Shown here: one piece after another, positions 18,445 to 28,073 of the stretch | Layout of the letters: each line of letters begins with the position of its first letter | Position numbering within the stretch: the stretch's first letter is position 1 | Origin: an uncultured Christensenellaceae bacterium | Lineage (GTDB): Bacteria; Bacillota; Clostridia; Christensenellales; UBA3700 | Direction: 5' to 3' | NCBI GenBank assembly: GCA_944381345.1 | Contig: CALWKU010000049.1 | Span: forward strand, 1-48,887 | Length of the DNA: 48,887 nt | The notes under the pieces: model-generated | Database searches by the model: none | Told to the model about the DNA's origin: nothing | The model's input: the letters and a program-made list of their open reading frames with translations, nothing else | Translations under genes and position numbers: made by a program

Positions 18445-20019
18445 ATGATCCAAGTTACAGACCTTACGCTTCAATTCGGCGGAAGAAAATTGTTTGAGGA
18501 GGTCAACCTCAAATTCACCGAGGGCAATTGCTACGGCATCATCGGCGCGAACGGCGCCGGGAAATCCACCTTTCTCAAAGTGCTTTCGGGCGAGATAGAA
18601 CCGACGCGCGGGCACGTGTCCGTCGGCAAGGGGCAGCGTATAAGCGTGCTTCACCAAAATCAAAACGACTTTGACGACTGCACGGTGATGCGTACCGTGC
18701 TGCTCGGGCACAAGCGGCTCATGGACATATGGGACGAAAAGGACGCGCTTTATGCAAAGCCCGACTTTTCGGACGAGGACGGCGTGCGCGCCGGCGAACT
18801 TGAAAACGAGTTCGCCGAACTCGGCGGATGGGAGGCGGAGAGTGAAGCGGCGTCGCTGCTCAACGAGCTCAAATTCGGCGAGGAATATCACGACAAGCCG
18901 ATGAAGGAGCTGGACGCCAAGCAAAAGGTCAAGATCTTGCTGGCTCAGGCGCTATTCGGCAACCCCGACATCCTCATCCTCGACGAGCCGACCAACAATC
19001 TCGACGCAAAGAGCGTGATTTGGCTCGAAAAGTTTTTGCTCGACTTCAAGAACACGCTTATCATCGTCTCGCACAACAGGCACTTCCTCAACAAGGTGTG
19101 TACGCACATATGCGACGTCGATTACGGCAAGATAAATATGTATGTCGGCAACTACGACTTTTGGTACGAGACGAACCAATTGCTGCAAAAGCAGGCGCGC
19201 GAAGCCAACAAAAAGGCGGAGGCGAGGGCAAAGGAACTGCAGGACTTCATCGCTCGCTTTGCTGCCAACGCGTCCAAGTCGCGCCAGGCGACCTCGCGCA
19301 AAAAGGAGCTGGAAAAGCTCACTCTCGAGGACATCAAACCGTCGATGCGCAAGTATCCGTATATCAATTTCGAGTTTGCGCAAGAACTCGGCAAAGAGGT
19401 GCTGACAGTCGAAGGCTTGACAAAGAACGGCTTTTTCAAGGACGTGAGTTTCACCGTGCAAAAGGGTGAAAAGATCGCGTTTATCGGCGACAGATCGGTC
19501 GAGGTGTCCATGCTGTTCGATATACTCGCCGGCGTCGAAAAGCCCGATTCGGGCAAGGTCGTATGGGGCAAGACGGTGACCACCGGCTATTTGCCGCAGA
19601 ACTTCGATCCATTCTTCGACGGCTGCAAGCTCAATCTCGTGCAGTGGATAGACAGGTGGTCAAAAGAACACGACGAGACCTATCTGCGCAGTTGGCTTGG
19701 CAGAATGCTGTTCTCGGGCGACGAGGTAAAAAAGAGCGCGAGCGTACTCAGCGGAGGCGAAAAGGTGCGCTGCATGATGGCGCGCGCCATGCTGACCGCC
19801 GGCAATGTGCTGATCATGGACGAGCCGACCAACCACCTCGACCTCGAGGCGATCACCGCGCTGAATAAGGGATTGATCAATTATAAGGGGTGTCTGCTGT
19901 TCTCGTCCCACGACCAGGAGCTGATGCAGACCACCGCAAACCGCATCATAGAGATCAACGGTACAAAGACTTTCGACAAGCTCACCACATACGAGGATTA
20001 CCTCGAAATGAGCGATTGA
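18445..20019 (+). CDS. ABC-F family ATPase (YbiT/YkpA-like)
   Basis: Two NBDs (GANGAGKST, LDEPTNNLD, LSGGE, MDEPTNHLD), no TM, linker ANASKSRQATSR; AGGAG RBS. Confidence 0.92.
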   Translation: MIQVTDLTLQFGGRKLFEEVNLKFTEGNCYGIIGANGAGKSTFLKVLSGEIEPTRGHVSVGKGQRISVLHQNQNDFDDCTVMRTVLLGHKRLMDIWDEKDALYAKPDFSDEDGVRAGELENEFAELGGWEAESEAASLLNELKFGEEYHDKPMKELDAKQKVKILLAQALFGNPDILILDEPTNNLDAKSVIWLEKFLLDFKNTLIIVSHNRHFLNKVCTHICDVDYGKINMYVGNYDFWYETNQLLQKQAREANKKAEARAKELQDFIARFAANASKSRQATSRKKELEKLTLEDIKPSMRKYPYINFEFAQELGKEVLTVEGLTKNGFFKDVSFTVQKGEKIAFIGDRSVEVSMLFDILAGVEKPDSGKVVWGKTVTTGYLPQNFDPFFDGCKLNLVQWIDRWSKEHDETYLRSWLGRMLFSGDEVKKSASVLSGGEKVRCMMARAMLTAGNVLIMDEPTNHLDLEAITALNKGLINYKGCLLFSSHDQELMQTTANRIIEINGTKTFDKLTTYEDYLEMSD

Positions 20020-20028
20020 GGAGGAAAT

Positions 20029-20514
20029 ATGGATAAGCAAAACGAAACCATTCTCAAGATTCTGAAACAGGACAGCCGCTTTACCGCGGCGCAGATCGCC
20101 GCCGCGAGCGGTTTGACCGAGGCGGAGGTGCAGGGGCGCATCGCCGCAATGGAGAACGAGGGCGTCATCTCGGGCTACACCGTGCTGACCGACATCGAAA
20201 AGGCGGACGAGGACGCGGTCGTCGCGCTGATCGAGGTCAAGGTTACGCCGATGATGAGCGCGGGCTTTGACTCTATTGCGCGCAGCATCTGCCGCTATGA
20301 GGAGGTCAAGGATCTTTATCTGATGAGCGGAAGTTACGATCTCGCGCTGATCGTCGAGGGACGCAATCTGCGCGAAGTGTCGCGGTTTGTGTCCGAGAAG
20401 CTGTCCGTACTCAAAGACGTCACGTCGACGTCGACACACTTTATCCACAAAAAATATAAGAACGAGGGCGTCGTCCTTTGCCGCGAGGAAGAGAAGAGAG
20501 AAGAACTCATATGA
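20029..20514 (+). CDS. Lrp/AsnC-family transcriptional regulator (YugG/AlaR-like)
   Basis: N-terminal HTH, EGVISGY, MSGSYDL, TSTHF. Confidence 0.9.
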   Translation: MDKQNETILKILKQDSRFTAAQIAAASGLTEAEVQGRIAAMENEGVISGYTVLTDIEKADEDAVVALIEVKVTPMMSAGFDSIARSICRYEEVKDLYLMSGSYDLALIVEGRNLREVSRFVSEKLSVLKDVTSTSTHFIHKKYKNEGVVLCREEEKREELI

Positions 20515-21701
20515 ACTACGACAAGTATTTCACCGACACGGTCAAAAACATCAAGCCGTCGGGGATAAGAAAATTTTTCGACGCGGCGTCGATATACAAG
20601 GACGTCGTGTCGCTTGGCGTCGGAGAACCGGACTTTGACACGCCGTGGACGGCGCGCGAGGCGGCGATCCGCAGCATCCGCAGCGGGTTCACCCACTATA
20701 CCGCCAACAGCGGACTTATCAAACTGCGCGAAGAGATCGCGCGGTATATGTCCGTACGCTTCGGACTGGATTATGACCCGAAGGACGAGATCTTCGTCAC
20801 GGTCGGCGCAAGCGAACCGATATATCTGATGCTGCGCACGTTCGTCGGCGAGGGCGACGAAGTCGTCGTCCCCGATCCGTCGTATGTCTCGTATGCGCCG
20901 AGCGTCGAGCTTTGCGGCGGCAAGGCGGTCAGCGCCAAGTGCAGAGTGGAGGATTCGTTCGCGCTCACACCCGAAGCGCTCGAAGCGGCGATCACTTCAA
21001 GGACTAAGGTGCTCATACTGCCGTATCCCAACAACCCTACCGGCGCGATCATGACCGAACAGCAGCTCAAAGCGATCGCCGAAGTCGTCAAAAAACACGA
21101 CCTGTTCGTGCTGTCGGACGAGATCTATGCCGAACTGACCTACGGCGGCAAACACGTCAGCATCGCGTCGATCGACGGTATGCGCGAACGTACTGTCGTC
21201 ATCAACGGATTCAGCAAGGCGTTTGCAATGACGGGCTGGAGATTGGGCTTTGTCTGCGCGCCCGAAGAGGCGGAAAAGCAAATGCTCAAGATCCACCAGT
21301 ACATCATCATGTGCGCCCCGACAAGCGCTCAATACGCCGGGCTGCAAATGTTGCGCTCCGCGTTTGAGGACGATTTTTCGGCGGTCGAGGAGATGCGCGA
21401 CGAGTACAACGTGCGCCGCCGCTTCCTTGTCGACCGCCTCAACAGGATGGGATTGACTTGCTTTGAACCGAAAGGCGCGTTTTATGTGTTCCCGTGCGTG
21501 CGCTCGACGGGTATGGACGGCGAGCGGTTCGCCGAGAAACTGATCGAGAGCAAAAAGGTAGCCGTCGTACCCGGCGGAGCGTTCGGAGAGAGCGGTAAAG
21601 ACTTCGTCCGCATCAGCTACGCGTACTCGCTGTCCGATCTCAAAAAAGCAATGGACAGGATCGAGCAATTTGTGGAAGAATTAAGGGCGAGCAAACAATA
21701 A
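20511..21701 (+). CDS. Class I/II PLP aminotransferase (YugH/AlaT-like)
   Basis: SLGVGEPDF, YPNNPTG, DEIY, NGFSKAFAMTGWRLG. Confidence 0.92.
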   Translation: MNYDKYFTDTVKNIKPSGIRKFFDAASIYKDVVSLGVGEPDFDTPWTAREAAIRSIRSGFTHYTANSGLIKLREEIARYMSVRFGLDYDPKDEIFVTVGASEPIYLMLRTFVGEGDEVVVPDPSYVSYAPSVELCGGKAVSAKCRVEDSFALTPEALEAAITSRTKVLILPYPNNPTGAIMTEQQLKAIAEVVKKHDLFVLSDEIYAELTYGGKHVSIASIDGMRERTVVINGFSKAFAMTGWRLGFVCAPEEAEKQMLKIHQYIIMCAPTSAQYAGLQMLRSAFEDDFSAVEEMRDEYNVRRRFLVDRLNRMGLTCFEPKGAFYVFPCVRSTGMDGERFAEKLIESKKVAVVPGGAFGESGKDFVRISYAYSLSDLKKAMDRIEQFVEELRASKQ

Positions 21702-21779
21702 TGCTACGAAAAAGCCTATTTTTGTTAAAAATACGGTTTTTATGGCGTGAAAAATTTTTTGAAAAATTTTGAAAAACAG

Positions 21780-21808
21780 TTGACAGATCGCAGGTTGCGT
21801 GGTATAAT
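21780..21808 (+). promoter_or_regulatory. Consensus sigma-A promoter with AT-rich UP-like tract
   Basis: TTGACA-17 bp-TATAAT with extended TG; A/T tracts at 21751-21779. Confidence 0.85.
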
Positions 21809-21814
21809 GCGACT

Positions 21815-21905
21815 GTAATCAAACAGAGCTCATAATTTTCCCCCTTATCATATTAAGGAAGGGAGGTGCGAGGTAAATAGCCTTGTACCTCCCTTTCTTG
21901 TTCTT
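21815..21905 (+). ncRNA. Candidate small RNA (~85-90 nt)
   Basis: Consensus promoter, no ORF, 19-bp terminator stem; CU-rich anti-SD/anti-AUG tract. Confidence 0.65.
21855..21905 (+). terminator. Intrinsic terminator
   Basis: AAGGAAGGGAGGTGCGAGG-taaatag-CCTTGTACCTCCCTTTCTT with three G.U pairs that form only on the + strand, then a U-rich tail. Confidence 0.8.
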
Positions 21906-21980
21906 GCCCACATACGCGTACCGCGGTCATTTTTGGAACTTTGTACAAAGACAGGCAGGCACGGGGGAAACGGCTTGCCC

Positions 21981-22718
21981 TCATCCCAGTTGCGGGGTCA
22001 AGAAATCGGCGATGATCTTGTATGCCGTTGCGTTGACGTGCAGTCCGTCCGGGGTATAGCGGGCGTCGAGCAAGCCGTCTTTATCTTTCAGCAGCGAGTG
22101 GATGTCGATAAAGGTTGCGCCGAGGCTTTCGCAGATTTCGGGCAGCGCGGCGTTGACCGCAAGCACATCTTCGTTTTTGCGATCGGAGACAAAATTCATA
22201 TATTGAGGGAAGGTGTAGGGATTGAGAGGATAGAGGGATTGAACGATGATTTTCGCGGAGGTTTCTTCGGCGAGGATGGACAAAAGTTGCGATATGTTTT
22301 CAGTTATTTGTTCGGGAGTGCCGCCGTGGTGAAGGTCGTTGGCGCCGCCCAAAAACACGACGACGGACGGTTCGAGAGCTACGACGTTGGAGCGGACGCG
22401 ATCGAGCATGCCGTTCGTGGTGTCGCCCGCGATGCCGCGGTTGATCGCGTCAAGTCCGGGATAGAATTCGTCAAGGTCGCAGAATTCGGTCAGCGAGTCG
22501 CCGAAGAACACGACGCCGCCGTGCGGATCGTCGCTTGCGGCGTAGGCGTCAGCCTTTGATTGTTTTGAACCGATGAGTTTGAACATATTGTCGCCGTAAG
22601 CCTGCCAAAATACGAGAAATACGGAAAGCGCTACGCAGACGAGAGCGAACGAGACCGAAAGCAGCGCGAGGCGCAGCTTCTCGCCGAAAAATTCGTCTTT
22701 TGCGGAGCGACGTTTCAT
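21981..22718 (-). CDS. GDSL/SGNH esterase-lipase with N-terminal membrane anchor
   Basis: FFGDSLT, NRGIAGD, GGAND, DGLH blocks; ATG 22718 sits 6 nt downstream of TATAAT. Confidence 0.9.
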   Translation of the reverse strand: MKRRSAKDEFFGEKLRLALLSVSFALVCVALSVFLVFWQAYGDNMFKLIGSKQSKADAYAASDDPHGGVVFFGDSLTEFCDLDEFYPGLDAINRGIAGDTTNGMLDRVRSNVVALEPSVVVFLGGANDLHHGGTPEQITENISQLLSILAEETSAKIIVQSLYPLNPYTFPQYMNFVSDRKNEDVLAVNAALPEICESLGATFIDIHSLLKDKDGLLDARYTPDGLHVNATAYKIIADFLTPQLG

Positions 22719-22724
22719 ACCGAT

Positions 22725-22753
22725 ATTATAAGCGTTTTGGCGGAGCAAGTCAA
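22725..22753 (-). promoter_or_regulatory. sigma-A promoter giving a leaderless GDSL transcript
   Basis: Minus strand TTGACT-17 bp-TATAAT-6 nt-ATG. Confidence 0.75.
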
Positions 22754-22824
22754 CAAAGGAAGGGAAACGAACCGTGCGGGGAAAATTCGTTTCAAAAAGG
22801 TTGTCGAAATTATGGTTATAAATA

Positions 22825-22854
22825 TTTACAAACACGTGCGCGATATGATATAAT
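22825..22854 (+). promoter_or_regulatory. sigma-A promoter of the giant repeat protein
   Basis: TTTACA-18 bp-TATAAT with extended TG. Confidence 0.6.
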
Positions 22855-22885
22855 GGTCGCAGAATGTATTGGAGAAGGTTTATCT

Positions 22886-25800
22886 ATGAGCAAGAAAACC
22901 GATAAAAACAACCTCAAAACAAAATTTGATCCCGAGCGCGTCTCCAAGGCGGGCCCCGACAACGATCTTCTTCTCGACTACGAGTCCGAGCGCATCGTGG
23001 CAGGGAAAGGCGGCATGGAAAAAACCGTCGGTTACAATCTGCCGCCAAAGAAAAGCGACATCCGCTACGGCAAAAAGGTAGATCCCGAGCGCAGGGTACA
23101 CAGATACCACGGTCCCGGCGTGGGACTCTTGGTGTGTGTGATGCTGTTTCTTGTCGTGTTGGCGTGCGCGGCGTGCGGCGGAACGGTGTGGGCGTGGAAC
23201 AATTATGCCTATCCCTACGTCAATCTGTCGCTGCCCGAGGCGATCTCGCTGGCGTCGGAGATGTACGAGGCAGACCCGTCGAAGATCGTCACCAACCCCT
23301 ACGAGCCCAAGGCGGATCTGGACAGCTTTTATGCGTCGTTCAAAGAGGGGATGTATCTTGCCGACGATTGCAATATAACCATCAGAGACATCGTCAACGC
23401 CGTACTCCCCGAAGAGAGCGAGGGCGAACAGACCGGCGACGACGTAAATGCCGAAAATCCGGATACGGGCAGCGAACAGCTCAACGCGCTGCTCGAGATG
23501 TTGAAGTTCGATTTCGACAGTCTTGACAAAAAGCAAAACGCCGCGCTCGAAAATGAAGTTCTCGAGATAAGCGACAAAGAACTCGCCGCGGTGCTCAACG
23601 AGGCGATGCAGATCGCGTTCGATATGGAGCAGATCAACGAGGTCACCGGTCAATTGGGAGAAGAGATCAAGAACGTCGTCAAGGTGGAACAGGTGGTCAT
23701 CGAGGACGTCGAGAGCGTGACAAAGCAGGAAAACACCCGCGTACTCGTCACCGTTTCCGTCAACATAGGCGACAACATCACAGCCATCGCAAACAATGCT
23801 TACAACAACATATTGCGTCCGTCGCTTGAAGAAGATAACCCCGATCTTGTCAAGACGTTGGACGACGTCGTTGACAAGGCGATCCCTGTTCTTCAAAAGA
23901 TATTGCCCAAGGTACTCTATTTGACCGTCGCCGTATATCCCAACGACAGCGGCAAAGAGGCGCTTATCACCTACAACAACGTCGTCGACAACAACAAACA
24001 GGAATTGATAGACAAGGTCTTTGCAGGCGAATTGCTGCAGATCGCGGGCGTAGACGTCAATCTCAACGGCGTCATTGATTACGAAGAGGAACAGGGACAG
24101 CCCATTCCGCAGATCGTGAGCAGTATCGTCGCAGGGACGATCGAGTCGATGAGCGAGACGATCACGCTCAACTTTACCAACACCGAGGACAATGAAGGCG
24201 TGTTCCGAACCAAACCCATCGAGTTCATGCTGTCCATTCTCGGCGCTGACAACATCAGCCAGGCGCAGTTCCTCGCGATCATGCGCGACATCCAAGTGCC
24301 GTACGACCGCATGACGGCGAAATACGACGAAAACACGGCTTACAGCGAGCTGACGCTTGCCCAAAACCTGCAATACTTCATTGACGGCGATAACAATGAC
24401 GTCTCGTTCACAAGCAAGTATTACTTCAACAACGAGCGCGAGGACGGTAGTTCTTTCATCAATACGGACAACATCTTTACCAGTATAGACAGCATGATGA
24501 CCGAAGAGATGATCGACCGCATCATGATCAAATCTTCCGAGGAATGGAAGCAGAACGGTGGATACAACGCAGATGCGCACAAGCCCATGGCGTTGTACAA
24601 CGCGCTGCCGGGACTTATCAACGGCTATCTCAGCTCTGAAACCGAGGGAGGCATCGCGGGCATGCCCGCAAAGGTGCTCGCAGCGGGCTATGAGAACGGT
24701 TCGCTCGTGCTGACGATCAAGGCAGAGCTGCTTGCGCTGGTCGAAGAGTCGCTCGGAGGAGAGGAAGAAGGCGAGTCCGACCCGATGGCGGATATCGTCG
24801 GGCAATTGATCCCCGAGGCGATCTATCTCAACGTGATCTATCCGCTCGACGGTTCGGGCGCAACGACGATCACGATCAACGACGTCGATGAGGAGTATGG
24901 CGACGGACAATCGGCGGAGGACTTTGAGACCATTTTCAATTTGCTCGCGCTGTTCGGAGTCAATCTTGAGATGGAAACGGAAAGCGGAGTGATCGTCATC
25001 GACAATTATGACGAGATCTGCGAGATGGTCGGCGACACGATCGCTTCGGCGTTCGACGAGATCGCCAATCGGCTCGGCGGCGAACTGATTTTCATCGAGG
25101 ATGGCGTCCTGTTCCCCAACATCTTCCAGGTCATCTCCGCCAATCAGATCTTCGGCTATACCTCGGATGAAATCGAGGCGGGCATTTCTCAGGAAGAGTT
25201 TGACAAAGAATATGCTCCCAGCGACGAGGACATATACAACATCCTCGCCGCGATGTACGGCTACGGCACTCCCGATAAAACGGTCGAGGACAGCGTCGAC
25301 AATTTGAGAGAGCAGCTGTCCGACAAATACTATGTGACGTTTGAAAAGAGTGAGTCGGGCGAAGGTCAGACAGAAGCGTCCGTGCTGCTCGGTCAGATCG
25401 AAGGGCTCAAGGACAACTTCGAGAACTCGGTCAGAATGAAGGAGCAGGAAGTGAATAATGTCGTCTTGTCGGGCATGGTCGACGATGAGAGGTCTACCGA
25501 CGAGCTCAAGCCGCAGCTCAATTCCGACGACATCGCGACGCTGGTCGAGGCGTCGGGAGAGTTGAGTATGGCGTCCGTATCCACGATCAAAGACGTTGAG
25601 GTCAGACAGAGCCGCATTTACATCAACGAAAATGGCAATGCGTGCGTGGAACTCATCCTCACCGCGATGACGATCGACTTCTCCAACGCGGGGGGAGACG
25701 CCGCGAAATTTGAAAATCTCTTCCCCGACACGCTGTCCATCATCGTCACGATCGAGCAAAAGCCCGAGAGCGACACCTCCGAGGGGAGATTCAACGTCAC

Positions 25801-27061
25801 ATACAACATCAACGGCATCGAAGACGAGTTGATGACAAAGACCATGTTCTTCATGACAAGATTGTCGGGCGACGAATCGATGTCCCAAGATAGCATCGAA
25901 GAGACCATCAACACCGGCGTCAACGGAGCGTTCGACAAGCTGGATATGGGCGGAATGATCGACATCGACATCACCGTGAACGACCAAAACGAAGGCGTCG
26001 TTCAATTGGATACCATCTTTGCGATCGCCACCGCCGAGTTGTGGGCGGAGAGAGACGAAGAGGGCAACATCACGGGAGTGATCGAGGGCAAGCCGACCGA
26101 TGACGAATTCAGAGGTACCATCAAGGCGCTTTGGAGCGGGTTGCCCGAGTATGGCTATGCGAACGGCGACGCTATCGACAAGTTGGGATATACCGCAAAC
26201 GTAGCGCCGTTCTATGTAGAACCGCATATGGATGGCATTACGTTGACAAGCGTGACCGCAGATACCCGCATTTCGGACGCGTTTATCGGATCGCAGATCA
26301 TAGCAAACAATAACATGGAAAAAATAGCGCAAGCGTTGCAGGTCCATACCGAAGGGATCGATCTGTATCAGGCGCTTATCTTGCCCGCGAACGATGAAAA
26401 AGCCAACGAGACGTACGGAGAAAAAGGCAGATACGTCGGCGTAAAGGAATATTTCAATGGAACGGGATTGATCCAAGATGGTGAAGCCAATATGCTGTTC
26501 ACGTTTGAACTCAGCAAAGCTGCGTTCAGCGAGGAAGGGCAGAAGAACAACCTCATCCCGGACGCCATGTATGTCAGCGCAAGCATCCCCATCGGTCAGG
26601 AATTGAACGCAGACACGGAGATCAAAATCCTGATCAACAAGCTCACTACGGAACAAGCAGATATCGTTAAGCGCATAATGGAGATCGGCGATTACGGCGC
26701 CCAAGGCTTGTTCGGAGCAAACAGTGAAATAGCGCAGAATATCGGCGATATCGTATTGGTCAAATTGACCGTCGACGAATTGGGAGAATATGGTGATGCT
26801 GCCGTAGCAGCAGGCTTTGAAGAGGTCGATATCACCGTAAATATGTTGTTTGCGGCAGCGGGAGACGGGACGCATTTTGCCTCCGAGATCACCTCAACAG
26901 ACCAATATGAAAACAACTATATCTATTGGGATCTTGTCGGTGATTATGAGAAAGCCGATCCTACGGACTTTATGGAAGGATGGTCTGCACCCGATGTCAA
27001 GAACGTCGCTCTCGGCTATATGGCTTACAGCTACGAATACGTTATCGGGGCGCAGCAATGA
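22886..27061 (+). CDS. 1391-aa single-pass membrane-anchored acidic protein with ~300-aa internal repeats
   Basis: GGAG RBS before ATG 22886; one TM (VGLLVCVMLFLVVLACAACGGTVWAW); periodic motifs described in findings. Confidence 0.85.
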   Translation: MSKKTDKNNLKTKFDPERVSKAGPDNDLLLDYESERIVAGKGGMEKTVGYNLPPKKSDIRYGKKVDPERRVHRYHGPGVGLLVCVMLFLVVLACAACGGTVWAWNNYAYPYVNLSLPEAISLASEMYEADPSKIVTNPYEPKADLDSFYASFKEGMYLADDCNITIRDIVNAVLPEESEGEQTGDDVNAENPDTGSEQLNALLEMLKFDFDSLDKKQNAALENEVLEISDKELAAVLNEAMQIAFDMEQINEVTGQLGEEIKNVVKVEQVVIEDVESVTKQENTRVLVTVSVNIGDNITAIANNAYNNILRPSLEEDNPDLVKTLDDVVDKAIPVLQKILPKVLYLTVAVYPNDSGKEALITYNNVVDNNKQELIDKVFAGELLQIAGVDVNLNGVIDYEEEQGQPIPQIVSSIVAGTIESMSETITLNFTNTEDNEGVFRTKPIEFMLSILGADNISQAQFLAIMRDIQVPYDRMTAKYDENTAYSELTLAQNLQYFIDGDNNDVSFTSKYYFNNEREDGSSFINTDNIFTSIDSMMTEEMIDRIMIKSSEEWKQNGGYNADAHKPMALYNALPGLINGYLSSETEGGIAGMPAKVLAAGYENGSLVLTIKAELLALVEESLGGEEEGESDPMADIVGQLIPEAIYLNVIYPLDGSGATTITINDVDEEYGDGQSAEDFETIFNLLALFGVNLEMETESGVIVIDNYDEICEMVGDTIASAFDEIANRLGGELIFIEDGVLFPNIFQVISANQIFGYTSDEIEAGISQEEFDKEYAPSDEDIYNILAAMYGYGTPDKTVEDSVDNLREQLSDKYYVTFEKSESGEGQTEASVLLGQIEGLKDNFENSVRMKEQEVNNVVLSGMVDDERSTDELKPQLNSDDIATLVEASGELSMASVSTIKDVEVRQSRIYINENGNACVELILTAMTIDFSNAGGDAAKFENLFPDTLSIIVTIEQKPESDTSEGRFNVTYNINGIEDELMTKTMFFMTRLSGDESMSQDSIEETINTGVNGAFDKLDMGGMIDIDITVNDQNEGVVQLDTIFAIATAELWAERDEEGNITGVIEGKPTDDEFRGTIKALWSGLPEYGYANGDAIDKLGYTANVAPFYVEPHMDGITLTSVTADTRISDAFIGSQIIANNNMEKIAQALQVHTEGIDLYQALILPANDEKANETYGEKGRYVGVKEYFNGTGLIQDGEANMLFTFELSKAAFSEEGQKNNLIPDAMYVSASIPIGQELNADTEIKILINKLTTEQADIVKRIMEIGDYGAQGLFGANSEIAQNIGDIVLVKLTVDELGEYGDAAVAAGFEEVDITVNMLFAAAGDGTHFASEITSTDQYENNYIYWDLVGDYEKADPTDFMEGWSAPDVKNVALGYMAYSYEYVIGAQQ

Positions 27062-27951
27062 AAAAGTACGATACGATGACCATAGGGCATATCTCGCTCG
27101 ATTACAACATCGACTACCTCGACGATCAGATCGTCGAGGTGGGAGGTGCGGTGATCTATTCGTCCGCGGCGGCGTATGCGGGAGGCTACAAGGTCGCGGC
27201 GGTCACCAAGCTCGCGCAAAAGGATATCGACAGACTGTCCGAACTTGTCATCCCCAAAGAGGATGTATATTGCATACCATCCGCTGTCAGCACGTCCATT
27301 CGCAACAAGTATCACACCGCCGACAAAGAGAGGCGCACATGCACCTGCCTTGGGCAGGCGGACCCCTTTCGCATAGAGGACATTCCCGATGCGGAGGTCG
27401 GGGTCTATCATCTCGCCGGGCTTATCTTCGGCGATTTCGACGGCGAGTTGATCAAGGCTCTCGCCCAAAAGGGCAAGGTCGCGGTCGACGTGCAGGCGCT
27501 GCTCAGGCATGCCGACAAAAAGACGGGCGCGATGTACTTTGAAGATTGGGCGGAAAAGAAAGAGCTGCTGCCCTACATCGACTATCTCAAAACGGACGCC
27601 GCCGAGGCGGAGATCCTCACCGGACAGCCCGACAGATATGTCGCCGCGAAGATGCTGCACGCATGGGGCGCGAAAGAGGTCGTGATCACGCACAATACCG
27701 AGGTCATCGCCTTTGACGGCGAACACACCTACGCCTGTCCGATCAGGGCGCGCAATCTCAGCGGGCGCAGCGGAAGAGGAGACACTACGTTCGCCGCATA
27801 CATCACCGAGCGTCAAAACGCGAGCATGAAGGACGCGCTGCTCTGGGCGACCGCGACCGTTTCGGCAAAAATGGAAAAGCCGGGACCGTATCGCGGATCA
27901 AGGCGCGACATAGAGGCGTACATAGACGAGTTTTATTCCGACGTAAAGTGA
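27058..27951 (+). CDS. PfkB/ribokinase-family kinase with PPi-dependent signature
   Basis: GGAVIYS, LKTDAAEA, GRSGRGDT, KMEKPGP; ATGA overlap with upstream gene. Confidence 0.88.
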   Translation: MKKYDTMTIGHISLDYNIDYLDDQIVEVGGAVIYSSAAAYAGGYKVAAVTKLAQKDIDRLSELVIPKEDVYCIPSAVSTSIRNKYHTADKERRTCTCLGQADPFRIEDIPDAEVGVYHLAGLIFGDFDGELIKALAQKGKVAVDVQALLRHADKKTGAMYFEDWAEKKELLPYIDYLKTDAAEAEILTGQPDRYVAAKMLHAWGAKEVVITHNTEVIAFDGEHTYACPIRARNLSGRSGRGDTTFAAYITERQNASMKDALLWATATVSAKMEKPGPYRGSRRDIEAYIDEFYSDVK

Positions 27952-28009
27952 CATAAGTGCGTTTTATCGGCACATATGCGCAAAAAATCAAAAATTGTCG
28001 TCGGTATGA

Positions 28010-28039
28010 TTGACAACAGATATATATTGGTAGTAATAT
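28010..28039 (+). promoter_or_regulatory. Probable sigma-A promoter for 28074 gene
   Basis: TTGACA-18 bp-TAATAT. Confidence 0.5.
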
Positions 28040-28073
28040 AAAAATACTCAATCGATCCGTGTGGGAGGAAGAG

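Noticed and set aside
21819-21848. Minus-strand RBS plus ATG suggesting a type I toxin ORF opposite the sRNA
   Set aside because: The frame closes after four codons (MSSV), and the stem's G.U pairs support + strand transcription.
22802-22808. Spo0A box TGTCGAA upstream of the giant protein promoter
   Set aside because: A single 7-mer that also occurs often in coding DNA here; not enough evidence.
22880-26875. 1331-aa antisense ORF (and similar long antisense ORFs over the sialidase, rsmI/ABC, oadB and recD2)
   Set aside because: Shadow frames produced by the GAC/GTC/ATC-rich codon bias of the sense genes; no motifs, RBS or promoter.
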